Shown here: piece by piece, positions 13,868 through 26,730 of the stretch
Position numbering within the stretch: the first letter of the stretch is position 1
How the letters are laid out: each line of letters begins with the position of its first letter
Assembly (NCBI GenBank): GCA_002633005.1
Contig: NMRA01000500.1
Span: 105,058 to 169,057, forward strand
Length of the DNA: 64,000 bases
Direction of reading: 5' to 3'
DNA from: Phoronis australis
Taxonomy: Eukaryota > Animalia > Phoronida
The notes under the pieces: generated by a model
The model's database searches: none
Seen by the model: only the letters and a program-made list of their open reading frames with translations
Told to the model about the DNA's origin: nothing
Position numbers and translations under genes: made by a program

Positions 13868-14540
13868 TAGCTATAGATTGCACACATACGCAATGATTTG
13901 TCTAGCTATAGATTGTACACATACACAATGATTTATCTAGCTATAGATTGTACACGTACACAATGATTTGTATAGCTATAGATTGTACACATAGACAATG
14001 ATTTGTAAAGCTATAGATTGTACACATACACAATGATTTGTCTAGCTATAGATTGTACATATACACAATGATTTGTCTAGTTATAGATTGTACACATACA
14101 TAATGATTTGTCTAGCTATAGATTGTACACATACACACAATGATTTGTCTAGCTATAGATTGTACACATACACAATGATTTGTCTAGCTATAGATTGCAC
14201 ACATACACAATGATTTGTCTAGCTATAGATTGTACACATACACCATGATTTGTCTAGCTATAGATTGTACACATACACAATGATCTGTCTAGCTGTAGAT
14301 TGTACACATACACCATGATTTGTCTAGCTATAGATTGTACACAAACACAATGATTTGTCTAGCTATAGATTGTACACATACACCATGATTTGTCTAGCTA
14401 TAGATTGTACACATACACAATGATTTATCTAGATATAGATTGTACACATACACAATGATTTGTCTAGCTACATGTATAGATTGTACATATACACAATGAT
14501 CTGTTTAGCTATAGATTGCACACATACACAATGATTTGTC
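13868..14540. repeat. Minisatellite, 35-bp unit (TAGCTATAGATTGTACACATACACAATGATTTGTC), ~19 copies
   Basis: Direct tandem copies. Confidence 0.95.
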
Positions 14541-15595
14541 AAACTGAAAACCAAACTAAACCCTTAGGATGGCCTTGAGGCGAGTTTCGACGTTGTTAAG
14601 CATTTTCTTGACATTTCCACCGATCTCTGAGACTTGGGTAGCTTTAAAGTCTATTTCGTGTTGAGGTTTCAGATAAACTGTGATAAAAATGAATAGTTAA
14701 AACTGTATTTACCGCTTTTCAGGGCCTTGGGTCTATTTTTTGTACTCTAAATTGAACTTGAAAGATTTTCAACATTTTTGTTGTTGTAGTTTTATGCGAG
14801 CTCAACCAACGTGTTGGTTATTCTTTGCTTGAGTACACTTTCGTTCTGGCAGATGACTGTCTAATTCGAGCTTGAATTTAATGACCTCGGCATAAGCACT
14901 TTAAATTTAAGTCGTAACTGGATTGTTCAACTTCTATGCCCGTTTGTCTGCTAAACAGGACGAGATGTAATCTTTGACCGATTAAAATTCTTCGCTTAAC
15001 CTAAAAAATCGAATGTTCTCCACCAATTGTTGGCATAATTCTAAAAACTTTTCTCCCCCAAGTAGTCAAATCCGCTTTGAAAACTCGATAACGAAATACT
15101 TTGAATTGTTTGCATCCGTACATGCATGCAATTTTGGGACAAATTATTGCCAGTGGACTGTGTCGATAGATATTACGTCTCAATTCTAAAATTACGTGAT
15201 GGGCAAACTGAGCCTAAATGGCAATTGGGTCAGCAGCTGCACAAGTCAGGTTCATTGCAACAGCACATTTCTGCGAAAGCAAAAGCAAAAGTACACATTC
15301 ACGAAGTAGTTTTAGTACTTTTATGTGGTAAGCAACGTGAGCTTGCATTGCCAGTAGAGCAGTACTAGAAGACCATGTGCTTCAGTCACAGAAGTCCAGA
15401 ATCAATGGCCACGAAGATTTTTGCAAAAGCAAAAGCAAAATAAACGCACATGAATCCCAAGTTATTTTTATGAAAATGCCTTGAACAACTGTTGAAGTGT
15501 TTGACAGCGAGGATTCCTGCAATTCTGTTCAACTTTGCACGCCACGTGCTTTATAGTCACGGATCATGGCACCAGAACACGGATACCTCAGTGTA

Positions 15596-15635
<40 letters not shown>

Positions 15636-15735
15636 ACATATATACACACATACACATACACATTTCCATTTATATTTACATATACATATACATATACATC
15701 TGCATCTACATCTACAGGTACATATACGTTTATGA
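15596..15735. repeat. (TA)n / (TACA)n compound microsatellite
   Basis: Seen directly. Confidence 0.95.
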
Positions 15736-17828
15736 ATATAATTACTTTGTTTTGAATGACGCTTTCCGTGTCTATATCACACGTTAACACGTTATTTATC
15801 TTCACCGTCGTTGGAATTAAGCAGAAGTATGTTAGACACTTAGGACGTTGATAGTGCGCCTACATTTACAGAGAAGAATACCGATGAACAGTGGTACTAG
15901 TTTGCTATAGGAAACAAACATGTTGAATTTTCTGTCGTTCAACCTATACACCAGTTAAATGCTGATTTTCCAAACACTCCCAGAACAGCTCTAGTGAATT
16001 TGGGGGTACAATCAAAGAATAGACTTCTACAATAAAACAAACCACAGTAGGCCTACAACAGTACATACCTAAATGATATGTCATAATTCAGCAATGACCT
16101 GCAAGAAATCATACGTGCAAATTGGTTTGATTTCAACGCGTTACGGTATACCCCTGAAATTTTGTCTGTATTCAGCGGTCAGTTCACTCATTTCAATACC
16201 ACTTGGCAGAGATCTACTCAACATTTGTACATATAGGTGAAAGTCTGCTTAGAACTACTTATAAAAATAACAAATTACAACCACATTTGGGAGACTCTCT
16301 GTCTTTTCTATCTAATTGATACTTGGAAGTGCAAAAATGTAGTAACTTGATTATGAATGGGGCTACATACATACGTTGCTACAGAGACTTTTACAAAATT
16401 GTGCGATTTTGGTGAGGCACCTTACTTCTACAGATCTGTACATGTACGTTATGAAAATGCTAACTGCATAGACGTTTTAGATGTGGGGTGAACCTAAATT
16501 CTGCTTGTTATCAGATGTGGGGGTGAATTCAGATACTGATTACTATTTCATTCACACAAGTCCAGCTTCAGCTTAGATGTTTAGTCAGAAAGATGAATGA
16601 ATTAACACCTCTCAAGGTCTCCATCGAACAACTAAGCCTTCAAACATAACTAAGATGGCAAATGAAACCTGTGATATTAAGCTCAAACACACTACAGTAC
16701 ACTTACATGTATATCGTTGTAGTAATCTCTCTCGCACTTTTATGCTCAAGGTAAATCTCCGAAAAGTACTAAATTTTAGCTGAAAGTGGGCATTAAATTG
16801 GCAGTAAAACAACTCGTTCCTTTAGCAACCACAAGGTATTGCACACAAAAGACTGGATGAGGGCATGAAGGTGTGGGCATTAACCCTTATCGTGACATAG
16901 CCTTACTGATTTTTGACTGATCCTCCCAATGATAGAGCTTAACATTTGGACTTTGGTTGTAGTATAGATATAAAGGCATTCATAACTTGTTTGGATTTGC
17001 AACGAAAACCTTAATTTATCCTGCAAGTGTCATGTGCCCGTAACATGAAACAGTCTCAACTAGGGAATCAATTAAGTTTCTCAAATCTTTTGCGAATTTG
17101 TTTCGTTCTCACACATGCTATGTTTTTAACACATACCTTTATTATGAGATACTTATGGCATTTTCTAATGATATAGCTAAAATTGAACTCTTAACTTAGT
17201 CACAATAATTAGGAATTTAGTCCTTAAATTGCGGGCGTTCAGTAAAAAGAACGTAGTCCTTGCTTATTTTCATTATTTTATCGTAAAGTTGTATCATAGC
17301 TAAAAAATCGACTTAGTTTTGAGACGTCGAATTTGTATAAAAACGTGTGTTCTGCATTTTACCGGGTTTTTAAAGCCACATTTCAATGACTGCGTCTAAT
17401 GTCCTTCGCAAAAATGCAAATAGGAATTTGATGTCCATCAGGTGCATGTAGACGTGTGTACTGTTGGGGTCCTTGGTTAGCTGGTAACGTAACTCAACAC
17501 CGTTAAATTGGTAAGAACATCGTGGTCATATCATCTTGCATTCATCGGAGACACAAATGTTTATATCACCAGTAAGGGTGACCTTGAGGTCTTTTCGCGA
17601 ATATCAGTGAAGATAAATATAATCTTAGAAAAAAGCTAGGTCATATTATGCGTGACATGGCCTCTTACCTTCTGGAATGTTCACGTCTAACAACTTTGTG
17701 GCTATTATTGGATATCTCACTGCAGTTAGTAGGTCATTTTAGAGGTTTTTGTTTCACTCTCATTTTGTCCCACACTCTGTGAAGACTACAAACAAGGACA
17801 CAGCCCACTCCCTATGCTGGTGTGTTAC

Positions 17829-17954
17829 CGTGAGCTTGATGTTGACATCAGTGTAGAAGGCTGGATTGGCCTCATCACTTGTTGTCGCGCCGTTGTCTAG
17901 TTGTTCGTTCCTCGGCACCACCTCAGTCGTTACAGACTTGAGCTCCACATCCAT
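17829..17954 (-). CDS. Probable first coding exon of the SLC28 duplicate (42 codons)
   Basis: Polypyrimidine + CAG acceptor before 17967, ATG in caacATGg context, GTAACA donor after 17829. Phase 0 matches the next exon. Confidence 0.6.
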
Positions 17955-18099
17955 GTTGCAGGGTACTCTGGGAGAAAATATTGAACGAATATGCGTAACA
18001 ATAGTCCAGCAGTTTTGAAATAAATGGAAGAATCTCGGTTAAATTCTCCAAGACGAATGACACGCCATGTTGATTGGCCGAGTCTTCTGTTTTTTTTAT

Positions 18100-18760
18100 A
18101 TTTTGACCCCGTTAATATTATTATTATAGAATTTTAATTCTTTTTAGACGCATAAATTTAAATATTAACGGCGTAAAATAATACCTTATGGCGTAAATTA
18201 GTTAGTTGCGGGATAAATTAACTGTTGTCGATGCAAATAATTTTAGCGAGTAAATTAATTATTTGCAGGGCAAATTAAGTTTTAAGTACTTACATAATTG
18301 TTGGCGTACTGAAATCTATCGTTGGTTAGATGGGTGTACGTTATAGACGTAAATTACGCCCCTAAATTCATTCTTGTGAACGGCGTAAATTAAATATTAA
18401 CGGCATAAATGAATTCCTTACGGCGTAATTGAATCATCAACCGCGTAAATTAACTTTTCTTGGCGTAAATTATTTTACTGCGTAAATCAATTATTTGCAG
18501 TGCATATTAACTTATAACTATCGATTGTCAAATGGATGAAATTTACGCAAGTAAATTACGTGCGTAAAGTAATTCTTCTGAACGACGTATTTACTATGAA
18601 CAACGTCAATTAACTTTTAACAGGATAAATTGTGTTTACGGCGGAAATTAGTTATTGGTGGCCCAAATTAACTTTTAACGATAGAATTCTTTACGGCTTA
18701 AATTATTTACTAACGGCCAAATTATTATTTAATGGCGAACATTAATTATGTCATGAATTC
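18100..18760. repeat. Degenerate AT-rich tandem array with recurring GGCGTAAATTAA-like core
   Basis: Many short imperfect copies of (g)gcgtaaatt(aa) at roughly 20-bp spacing. Confidence 0.65.
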
Positions 18761-21271
18761 TCATGAAGTTAATTAAGTGCAAACATAACAATTTCGGGCG
18801 ATAATTCTCCAAAATCCACTCGGGCTCTAGATAACGGGGGATAACGACTTCGCCATTTAATAATCTATATTTATGTATGAGCATGGAATGTCTTGCTCAA
18901 AATAACCTATTTTGGTTCAAGTCGTTCTAGGAAGAAAAGCAGCTTTAAAACGGGGAAAATTCCTTGTGAGGTTTATATACACAAGGAACGTTTCCATAAC
19001 CTTCGTCAGAGCGTAAAAATTAGATAAAATTGTTGAAATTGTTTGTATTGGATTGTTAGCCATTCTTGTGGTGCTCGGGGGTGCTGATGATTTCAGATGT
19101 TTGTTTCTGATTAAGAAATTAAAAAGTTAAATGAGCTGTTAGCTGGTTTTCATGCTGAAAGATGAAAAATGCATACAGCACCATCACGTATTCCAGAGAC
19201 CGTGTCTACGGGCAGTTCGTAACAGTATTTCGTAAATCCCATGAAGGGGTTCCATTACTTATTGAAAATATTTCCCTATGATTATGAAATCGGTCGACTT
19301 CAATTTTTTTAGATGGTTAGACTACTGATGGCTCCCTGGTGTCAGTTTCTATGATTAGATTTTTTTGGTGAAATTTCATGAAGCTTGATCAAACTGGTTC
19401 TTTCCAGGAAACAATAGCAGTTGCATATTTTCGAATGATTCTAACCTGTGATGACCCCCAGTGTCATTTTTAGCATTTTTGGAGCTGGCGATGTGACCTG
19501 ATCAAGTCCACCTTATTATCTGACAATCGTTACATAAAACGTACAAAGTTTTTTCATTATGAGTCCTCTCATTTCTGTAGAACGATAATCGCTTAATTGA
19601 TTCCACGCGGCACTGAGTTTTCACTCCCATGAGGTAAAAATGTAATTTCTTAAAAATGTTGGATGCAAGTGTTTCAAACGTTTAAGGCAGTTGCGGGTTA
19701 CATCTGGCAAATTACATGTAAGTATGAATTTGACAGTATAATTATCACACATTATGAAGCTGTTGTAATGAAGGAATTGGGTAAATTTCTCCATTATCCA
19801 ATTATATATTATTTCTCCAATTCAAATAAGTTTTTTCACTTTTGTCATTTTGATTAGCCTGAAGTTGAAATTAACGAATTACAAGGCATGAATAAAAGCA
19901 CAACTTACAGAAGAAATTTAGAAAAAAATGTGTGAAGAAAAATTGAGTTTCAAAACAATTACAACTACATGTAATTTTCCGTAAATTGTGAGCTCTTTTA
20001 TGGACACTTCACGTTGAAACAAACATAACATTCCTTTTATTTTTGGACAAAAGCAGGAAAGTGTACGAAGCTGCTTTTTTGTAGCAGCTTGTCTGCTAAT
20101 TTATTTTAGTTAAATGTTCGCCGGTGACAAGGCAGGCGGTTGAACATGGCTTTCAGTTCAGCAAAAAGTCGCCATGTTGTCGGTGACGCCGGAATTGAAA
20201 CTAAGTCCAGTGTGATTTGAGAACACGTTAACCACCGAATGAATAACATCTGAGTGGATAAATATTGGTGAAACTGTAGAATAATACAGAGGGTTGGTAG
20301 TGTTGCGTATCTTAAATTTTACTCCAGATTATTTGTGAAAATGATTTGTAAAAACATTTAAACTTCTAAGCTATACCACTGTCAACTAAGATGGCCGAGC
20401 AGACCAAAGAGCGGGTCAAATTTTGTCTCAAAAATAGAGATAAATTTCGAACGCATGGTGGAATTGTATTATTTTTATGTTTGTGTTGCCGACAACGATA
20501 TGTTTCATGTGATGAAGGCTTTTATCTCGACGGTTTGCCTGCTTCATATGCAGTGTCTCTAACCAATACTTCAGAAGAAACGCTTAAAAATGTGACCTAA
20601 AGCGTCTTTAAATAGCTCACAATTTCACTAAAAATCCCGTGAATTATTCATATCAGTCTTACGTTTGTCACTATGGGTGTTAACCATTTTGTATACTGGC
20701 AACAGGAGTCATCACCTGTGCATGTGTGACTTCTGACCCATGGTCAGTTGTGAACTTTTGATAGGTGAAATGGTGTTTGGACATGTCAGACTGCATCATG
20801 GTCTCTAAAACGTTCAATGTTATTTGTAATTTGTGCCTGAGCGTATCTTTCAGTGTCTCACAGCTCCGCAAACTGGCTTGCAAAAGTATATGAGTGACAC
20901 CCACTTTTAACACTACAAAAGAGATTCCACATTTATCTCCCCTGTCACGTGGTGAAAGTATAGAAAATGTCTTTATGAATTTTATTTGAGAGTCGTTATA
21001 CATGACTTCCTAATCCCATTATGTGTTTTCTCTCATTGCATGCGATCTACTTGCGTTAAATTGAATTTTTCGGAAAGCAAAATGTGACATTCTCTTCGTG
21101 AACATTTTAAAGTATTTACATAAATATTAAAAGGTGAAATTAGTGCAAAATTGGTGCTTTTTGTATCAGAGCCACACCGTAATTACATACACAAAGTTCA
21201 AGCTGAATCCTTAGAGTTATTACTTGATTTGTTTTTGATTTTCTCGTCGAATGGCTCTTAGGGCTTTTTCA

Positions 21272-21460
21272 ACGGAGAACAGACGTGCTGATGATCGGAG
21301 GGCAGACGTGTTGATGATTGGAGGGCAGACGTGTTAATGATCGGAGAGCAGAAGTGTTGAGGATCGGAGAGCAGAAGTGTTGAGGATCGGAGGGCAGACG
21401 TGTTGATGATCGGAGAGCAGACGTGTTGATGATCGGAGAGCAGACGTGTTGAGGATTGGA
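21272..21460. repeat. Minisatellite, 23-bp unit (TGATCGGAGAGCAGACGTGTTGA), ~8 copies
   Basis: Direct tandem copies. Confidence 0.95.
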
Positions 21461-22019
21461 ATGCACACTTCAACGAAGTTTAATATAGTTCACTTCACAT
21501 CAACGGGAAAGGATCCATTTGGAAGCTCAGTCTGAATTTTTCTCATCTGGTCCAACATCCTCCCGGAATGTAGCCAGCAAACTTTGAGGAGTACAACTTC
21601 ATAACTTTCGAAAATGTTCAATTTGAACATTTTAACTCATAAAAGGCGACTCCTTATACACTTCTGTTGTCTAACCTACTCAAGTGATATGTTTTTATCT
21701 GTACTTGATTTCAGTGACCCAGACCTTATGACATCAACTGTGAACCAAAGCCCATTCACGAAAACAGGTGCGTTTTTCACAATAACTAGCGAGAACTCAA
21801 ACAACAATTTAAATAGATAATGCATGATTTTTACCATGCAGAGAGCTTCCTAGTTTGTTTGCGATGAAAGAATGTGTCAACACAATAAGCAGATATCTTC
21901 CTGGTTGGTTTTCAATGAAAAATGTGTCAACACAAATGAACAAGAATAAATAATGAAATCGAGTACGGGGCATGTTCTTACGAAGGCCTACTATTGCCGT
22001 GAAAAAAAAATAAAATTTG

Positions 22020-22435
22020 AATCAGTTAATGCGGATTGCCAATCTGTAAGTACGGATAGTCAAATATATGGATTGCCAATTTGTTATTACGGATTGCAAA
22101 TCTTTTAATTCGGGTCGCCAATCTAAAATTACGGATTTGCCAATCTGTTAGTAGGGATTGCCAATCTGTAATTACGGATTGCCAGTCTGCTATTACAGAT
22201 GATCAATCTTTTCATACAGATTGCCAATCTGTTCATGCGGATTGCCAATCTGTAAATACGGAATGCCAATATGTTATTACGGATTCCCAATCTGTAATTA
22301 CGGGTTACCAGTCCAAAAGATTGCCAATCTGTTACCACGAATTGCAAATCTGTTAGACGGTTGCCAATCTGTCATTACGGTTTGGGAATCAGTTAATGCG
22401 ATTGTCAATCAGTACTTACGGATTGCATCCATGCT
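22020..22435. repeat. Degenerate minisatellite, ~21-bp unit (CGGATTGCCAATCTGTAATTA)
   Basis: Recurring GATTGCCAATCTG. Confidence 0.9.
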
Positions 22436-22962
22436 ATGAACATTCCCACTAAATAAAATTGGTTCTAACCCCAGTGGTTAAGGTAAACGGTGGGGTATGG
22501 AAAATTGAACTAGACCGTATTTATCCACCTTGGCTGAGTCGCGCTCGGCTCACGATTAAAGGGATGCCGCCAAGCTGCTCTTGTCATCCAGTCACGAGCG
22601 AGGATAATTGGCTTCGCTCATGCGGATATGATCAGCTGATTACAATATAGCTAGCAGACTGTACTTCTTATGGAGAGAGTTTTACGTACTTTTTACTGTA
22701 ATACTTGAAAAGAGGAGCGAAAACAAATATGAGTACAACTTTGAATTTTTTCAAATCGGCCCAGGATAAGAGATTTTGCAACACAGCAACACTCACGATT
22801 ACTTTCATTCGGCGCGCACTAATACAAAAATATAGGACCCAAGTTATTTAGATTTTGGAACACATGCATTGCAATATTCAAAAATACGTTTATTATGAAT
22901 CTTACAAGCTGTAAAACGACGTTGTTAATTTCATTGTGTTCATTCATTGTCATCTGTCAAAT

Positions 22963-23160
22963 TAGGCAATGACCATCGCCTCTGTTGGCCCGAAGCAGAG
23001 GCGATGCAGAGGCTGTAGGCGCTCTGTACGCCGGAAGCTTTTCGGCGAATTATGCCTCGCATCGACTAAACCATCAAAGTCACGTTGTTATAAATACCTT
23101 TTGCGCATAGAGGAAGACCTTAGGAGGTTGTCGATGCGTTTAAGTCCTTCCAGCGGAGCT
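22963..23160 (+). mobile_element. Left arm of the same Academ-like family as 267-798
   Basis: TAGGCAATGACCATC...aagcttttcggcgaattatgcctcgca...ttttgcgcatagaggaagaccttaggagg matches 267-457. Confidence 0.75.
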
Positions 23161-23958
23161 AACGTTCAGCATTTTTTAGGTCGTCACTTTTTGCGAGTCC
23201 AAATCCGGGAACACGAGTGCAGAATTTGCGGTCACTCGTATTTTTGAGCAGGCATTTTCGCCTGTGTCGAGGGCTGGCATGAATATGTTTGTTTTATTTT
23301 TGAAGTGCATCAGATGTCATCTATGACACCGTGCAAAAGTAAGAGTTGTATGGAAGTAGTGCTGATATATTTTACATTAGATTTTATTTTTTACTTGATC
23401 TCTTATGATTATTTTCACATGTGTTGAAATTCAGTTATTCCTCGTGGTAGAAATTTGTAGCATTTGCATTTTGTGTATTCATTCATGATGTTCATTTTGT
23501 GCTTAGTGATGTTTCTGTTTTCACAACAATCTCTTGTTGCATGCAAACATGTCACATGAACTGGATAAATCTTCCATTCTAGTCATTTACTATTTAAATC
23601 TGAAATTAAACAGCTATTTAAAGCAGCATTGGTGGCATTTTGTATGTTTAGCGTTATAAAAAATAAAGTTTTGAACAAAATTACGCATTTACTTTTTTCT
23701 GGCTATTATATGAACTCCTGTTTCTGTTGCTGGAAAGTCCATTCCATATTATTTACTGTTTTGAAACCAAACTTTACGCTGCATAAGTGGATTTAGGCTT
23801 CCCTTTCGCACACGATAAAAATGGCATTGACATGTCGTTTTCAGTTCCTGAAATCCTTAGCCATTTCTGATACCTACTACTGATTCAGGAATGATAAAAT
23901 TTTGTTCCATATTATTTATCTGTACACTCACCAGCACAGTCTGTTTTGAAACCAAACG

Positions 23959-24085
23959 CAGGGGCGGATCCAGGTTTTTTTAAAAAGGGGGTCCAAGTCA
24001 ACAATTCGAAAATTTTATATTTTACATAACCAAAATCAAGGGATAAAGGGATCCGAAACCCTTTGACCCCCCTGGATCCGCCTCT
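23959..24085. mobile_element. Short MITE (CAGGGGCGGATCCAG...CTGGATCCGCCTCT)
   Basis: About 14-bp TIRs; CAAAC on both flanks. Confidence 0.7.
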
Positions 24086-25239
24086 CAAACTGTGACGGTA
24101 CGCTGCATAGATGGATATTGGGGGGTCCGAAGGGGCCCAGGGCTTCCTCATTCTGCACACAATAAAAAATGGCGCCCACCTTTCGTTTTCAGTGATCTCA
24201 CTAGGGCTTGTCCTACAAAAATTGACGTCATGCCCCTCGCAAGGCTGTGATGAAGGCTTATCCTTCGGAAATTGAGGTCGGGGCCCCCATCATCTTAATT
24301 CCATGGATCCGTCTATGGGTATGAGTTCTTTTTTTGATAAATGTGATACCTTCAACACAGCATAAATTAAAAACAGCAATATAATGTTAAAAAGAACTAG
24401 TACAACCTTAACCTAGCTGCGTCTCATGAAGTGCTCTGTGTGCAATAATTTCAGAATTCATTATTTTAGAAAAATACAGGACCCGACTGCTTCTTGTTGC
24501 ACTACTGGGAATTAACATAATCATTCCCGGCTAAATGTTCCTCATTAGAGCTTGCAAATCGTACTACAGACCACGAAACTTAAAGTGACTGCTTTTTACA
24601 TTTCTGACCGCGAACCCGTTTTCAACACCCTGTTGGACACCGGTTTTTTCAGAAAATTCGTTCGAAAACAGCATTTGTGATATGTAGGTCACACTGTTCG
24701 TGACCTCCGCTATCGGCAAACAAGGGAACTGAATTATACTCTCCACAGATTTGATTTGAAAATGGGTTTGGGCTCAAATATTGCCTTCCGGGCGATTGGC
24801 TGTGACCATCAACATGGGCAAACTTCAAACTTCAATGGACACCAAAAAATCTTCATCAATCTTTCCAGTATTCAGCATAATGGCTCCTTAGATTTACGTT
24901 TTTCTCGCTAGCTATCGGCAAATTGCAGAGTTCTCTCCCCTAAATCAAAATTCCTCGGAAAACCCCTTTTTGTGTGTATTTTTGTGGGGAATAGTTAGCT
25001 GCTGGCTGCGCATGCGCACTGCCAATGTCAGATATTTCTGGCGTTGACAACCCATCTATACATATTCGGTCTTGCACTTCAGTTGAGAGAATAAGGGAGC
25101 TTATCTGTATATATTTTCATTTGGACGTTAGCTTTGACGAGACTCTGTTGTCGTTGCCATCAAATCACATAAGCAGGCGAGCTTTTCAATGACAACTTCG
25201 AAACATGGGGATGTATTGACATACAAACAGTAAAGACGT

Positions 25240-25590
25240 TATTTGCTTTCTTGAAGAACAGGCATGAGGACGCCTTCATGGTTATCGGTGGATGCATTTG
25301 AAGTGTATACAAAATGGGCTGAGTATCGACAAGGAAACCGTCCGCCATATGTTACGAATTTTAGATCCATATGGGGTACGATGCAGAGCAAGGAAGAGCC
25401 TACAGAGACGTGTAAGAGGCCCTAACTATATGTGGCATATTGACTCTTACGATAAAGTGAAGCATTTTGGGATATGTATCAATGGCTAAATAGATGGGTT
25501 TTCCAGAAAGATACTGTAGTTGGATGTGAACACAACAAGCAGTGGTCCAAATGTAATTGCTGGTCATTACATGCAAGCAGTGCGTTGATG
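25240..25590 (+). pseudogene. Integrase-core DDE transposase fragment (IS3EU-like)
   Basis: HGYRWMH...LRILDPYGV..R...LQRR..GPNYMWHIDSYDKVKHFGICING*IDGFSRKIL*L; stops and a deletion are present. Confidence 0.7.
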
Positions 25591-26730
25591 CAGTTCTTTT
25601 TTAATGTCATTCAGGTATGTTTAATCGAGGATGGAAAATGAAACGAGTATTGTACCACAAGTCGTCCTCTATCCCGAAAAATGTGTAATGGGGTTTTACA
25701 TGTGTGTTGTGTTTGTACGCGCGTCTGCGTGGGTGTGCGTTTGTGAAACATATTTTAATCCTTAGTATTCATTGAGCCGATAGAAGAGAGTGTGAAACAG
25801 AATTCTTCATTATTTTGGAATCAGTGTGAGCAACCTTCTAGTCTCATTGATAGATCTTCACGATCAAAATACCAACAAAGAAAATCTAACCGAACTAACT
25901 CATGAGAAGAGTGGCTCCGCAGCATCAGGACCCGTTGATTTGCTGAATAAAGATGATTATTATCACCTCATCACGCGTCGCGTTGTCATTGTTAAACGCT
26001 TTTTTGGCGTCATGCAAAAACCAAAGTTAGCCATCATTTTAAAGCCCAGGTGAGAACCACACTTGTATGGTCTTATTTCCCTAGTGGCTTTCACAAATAC
26101 TGTTAGAGTAATTTGTCAATTGAGAAGCAAACGCCAAAAAACCCGAAACACTATCACTTCATGTTGGCATAAAATATACATGTACCGAATACTTCTGAAA
26201 ATGGAACCGTGTTGTCGTCTCTTTAATTGAAACCTGCTTGTCGTGTTCAATGAAATTTAAAGGAAAATGCCACCCAAAAACAACCTATTTTGTATCAATT
26301 TAGATCGAAGAGTAGTTCTACTCGATAACGGCAAGTTCGGTTGCGTTACCTGACACCTGACGGCAGACGGAGGTGTTGAAATTATCCAATGACTCAATTG
26401 GTTTCACACGCAGTCTGTTTAGCAGTTCAAACACGGGTTAGTGGTGTAAGCTTATCGCTTGAATTCATCGTTTAACACCCATAAATCATCAAACTTCGAT
26501 ATAAAACCCTTAAAAATACACCGAGTTCTTATAAAAAAAGTGTTGTTTTTTACACTGTTACGGATTTACTGGTATTTGGACACACCGTAGCCTACAAAGT
26601 TCGGCAGGCCAATTTACCAAAGGTAATGCCGTAGCAGGAGTTTGGGGTCCACGTTCGGCGATAAATTCGAAGAATTCTTCCATGAAATACAGACAAGAGA
26701 ACCTAGATCTGTGTTGTTTATACTTGTGAT

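Larger units (their letters stand above)
12495..17967 (-). pseudogene. Partial tandem duplicate of SLC28 nucleoside transporter (exons 1-3), frameshifted
   Basis: Exons 17829-17967 (ATG 17954, MDVELKS...IKLT), 13226-13373 and 12495-12730. The last two align with 56817-56987 and 56418-56653. Exon 13226-13373 is 148 nt versus 171 nt (17-nt and 6-nt deletions), giving a frameshift. No exon-4 homologue found in 1-12494. Confidence 0.8.

Noticed and set aside
12221-14540. Regular 31-35 bp repeats as a CRISPR array
   Set aside because: Units are head-to-tail with no unique spacers, there are no cas genes, and the context is a spliced eukaryotic locus.
16880-20683. TTAA-CCC / GGGTG-TTAA sites as a piggyBac element; other TTAA-RGG starts at about 10542 and 52299
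   Set aside because: No matching inverted terminus could be paired convincingly.
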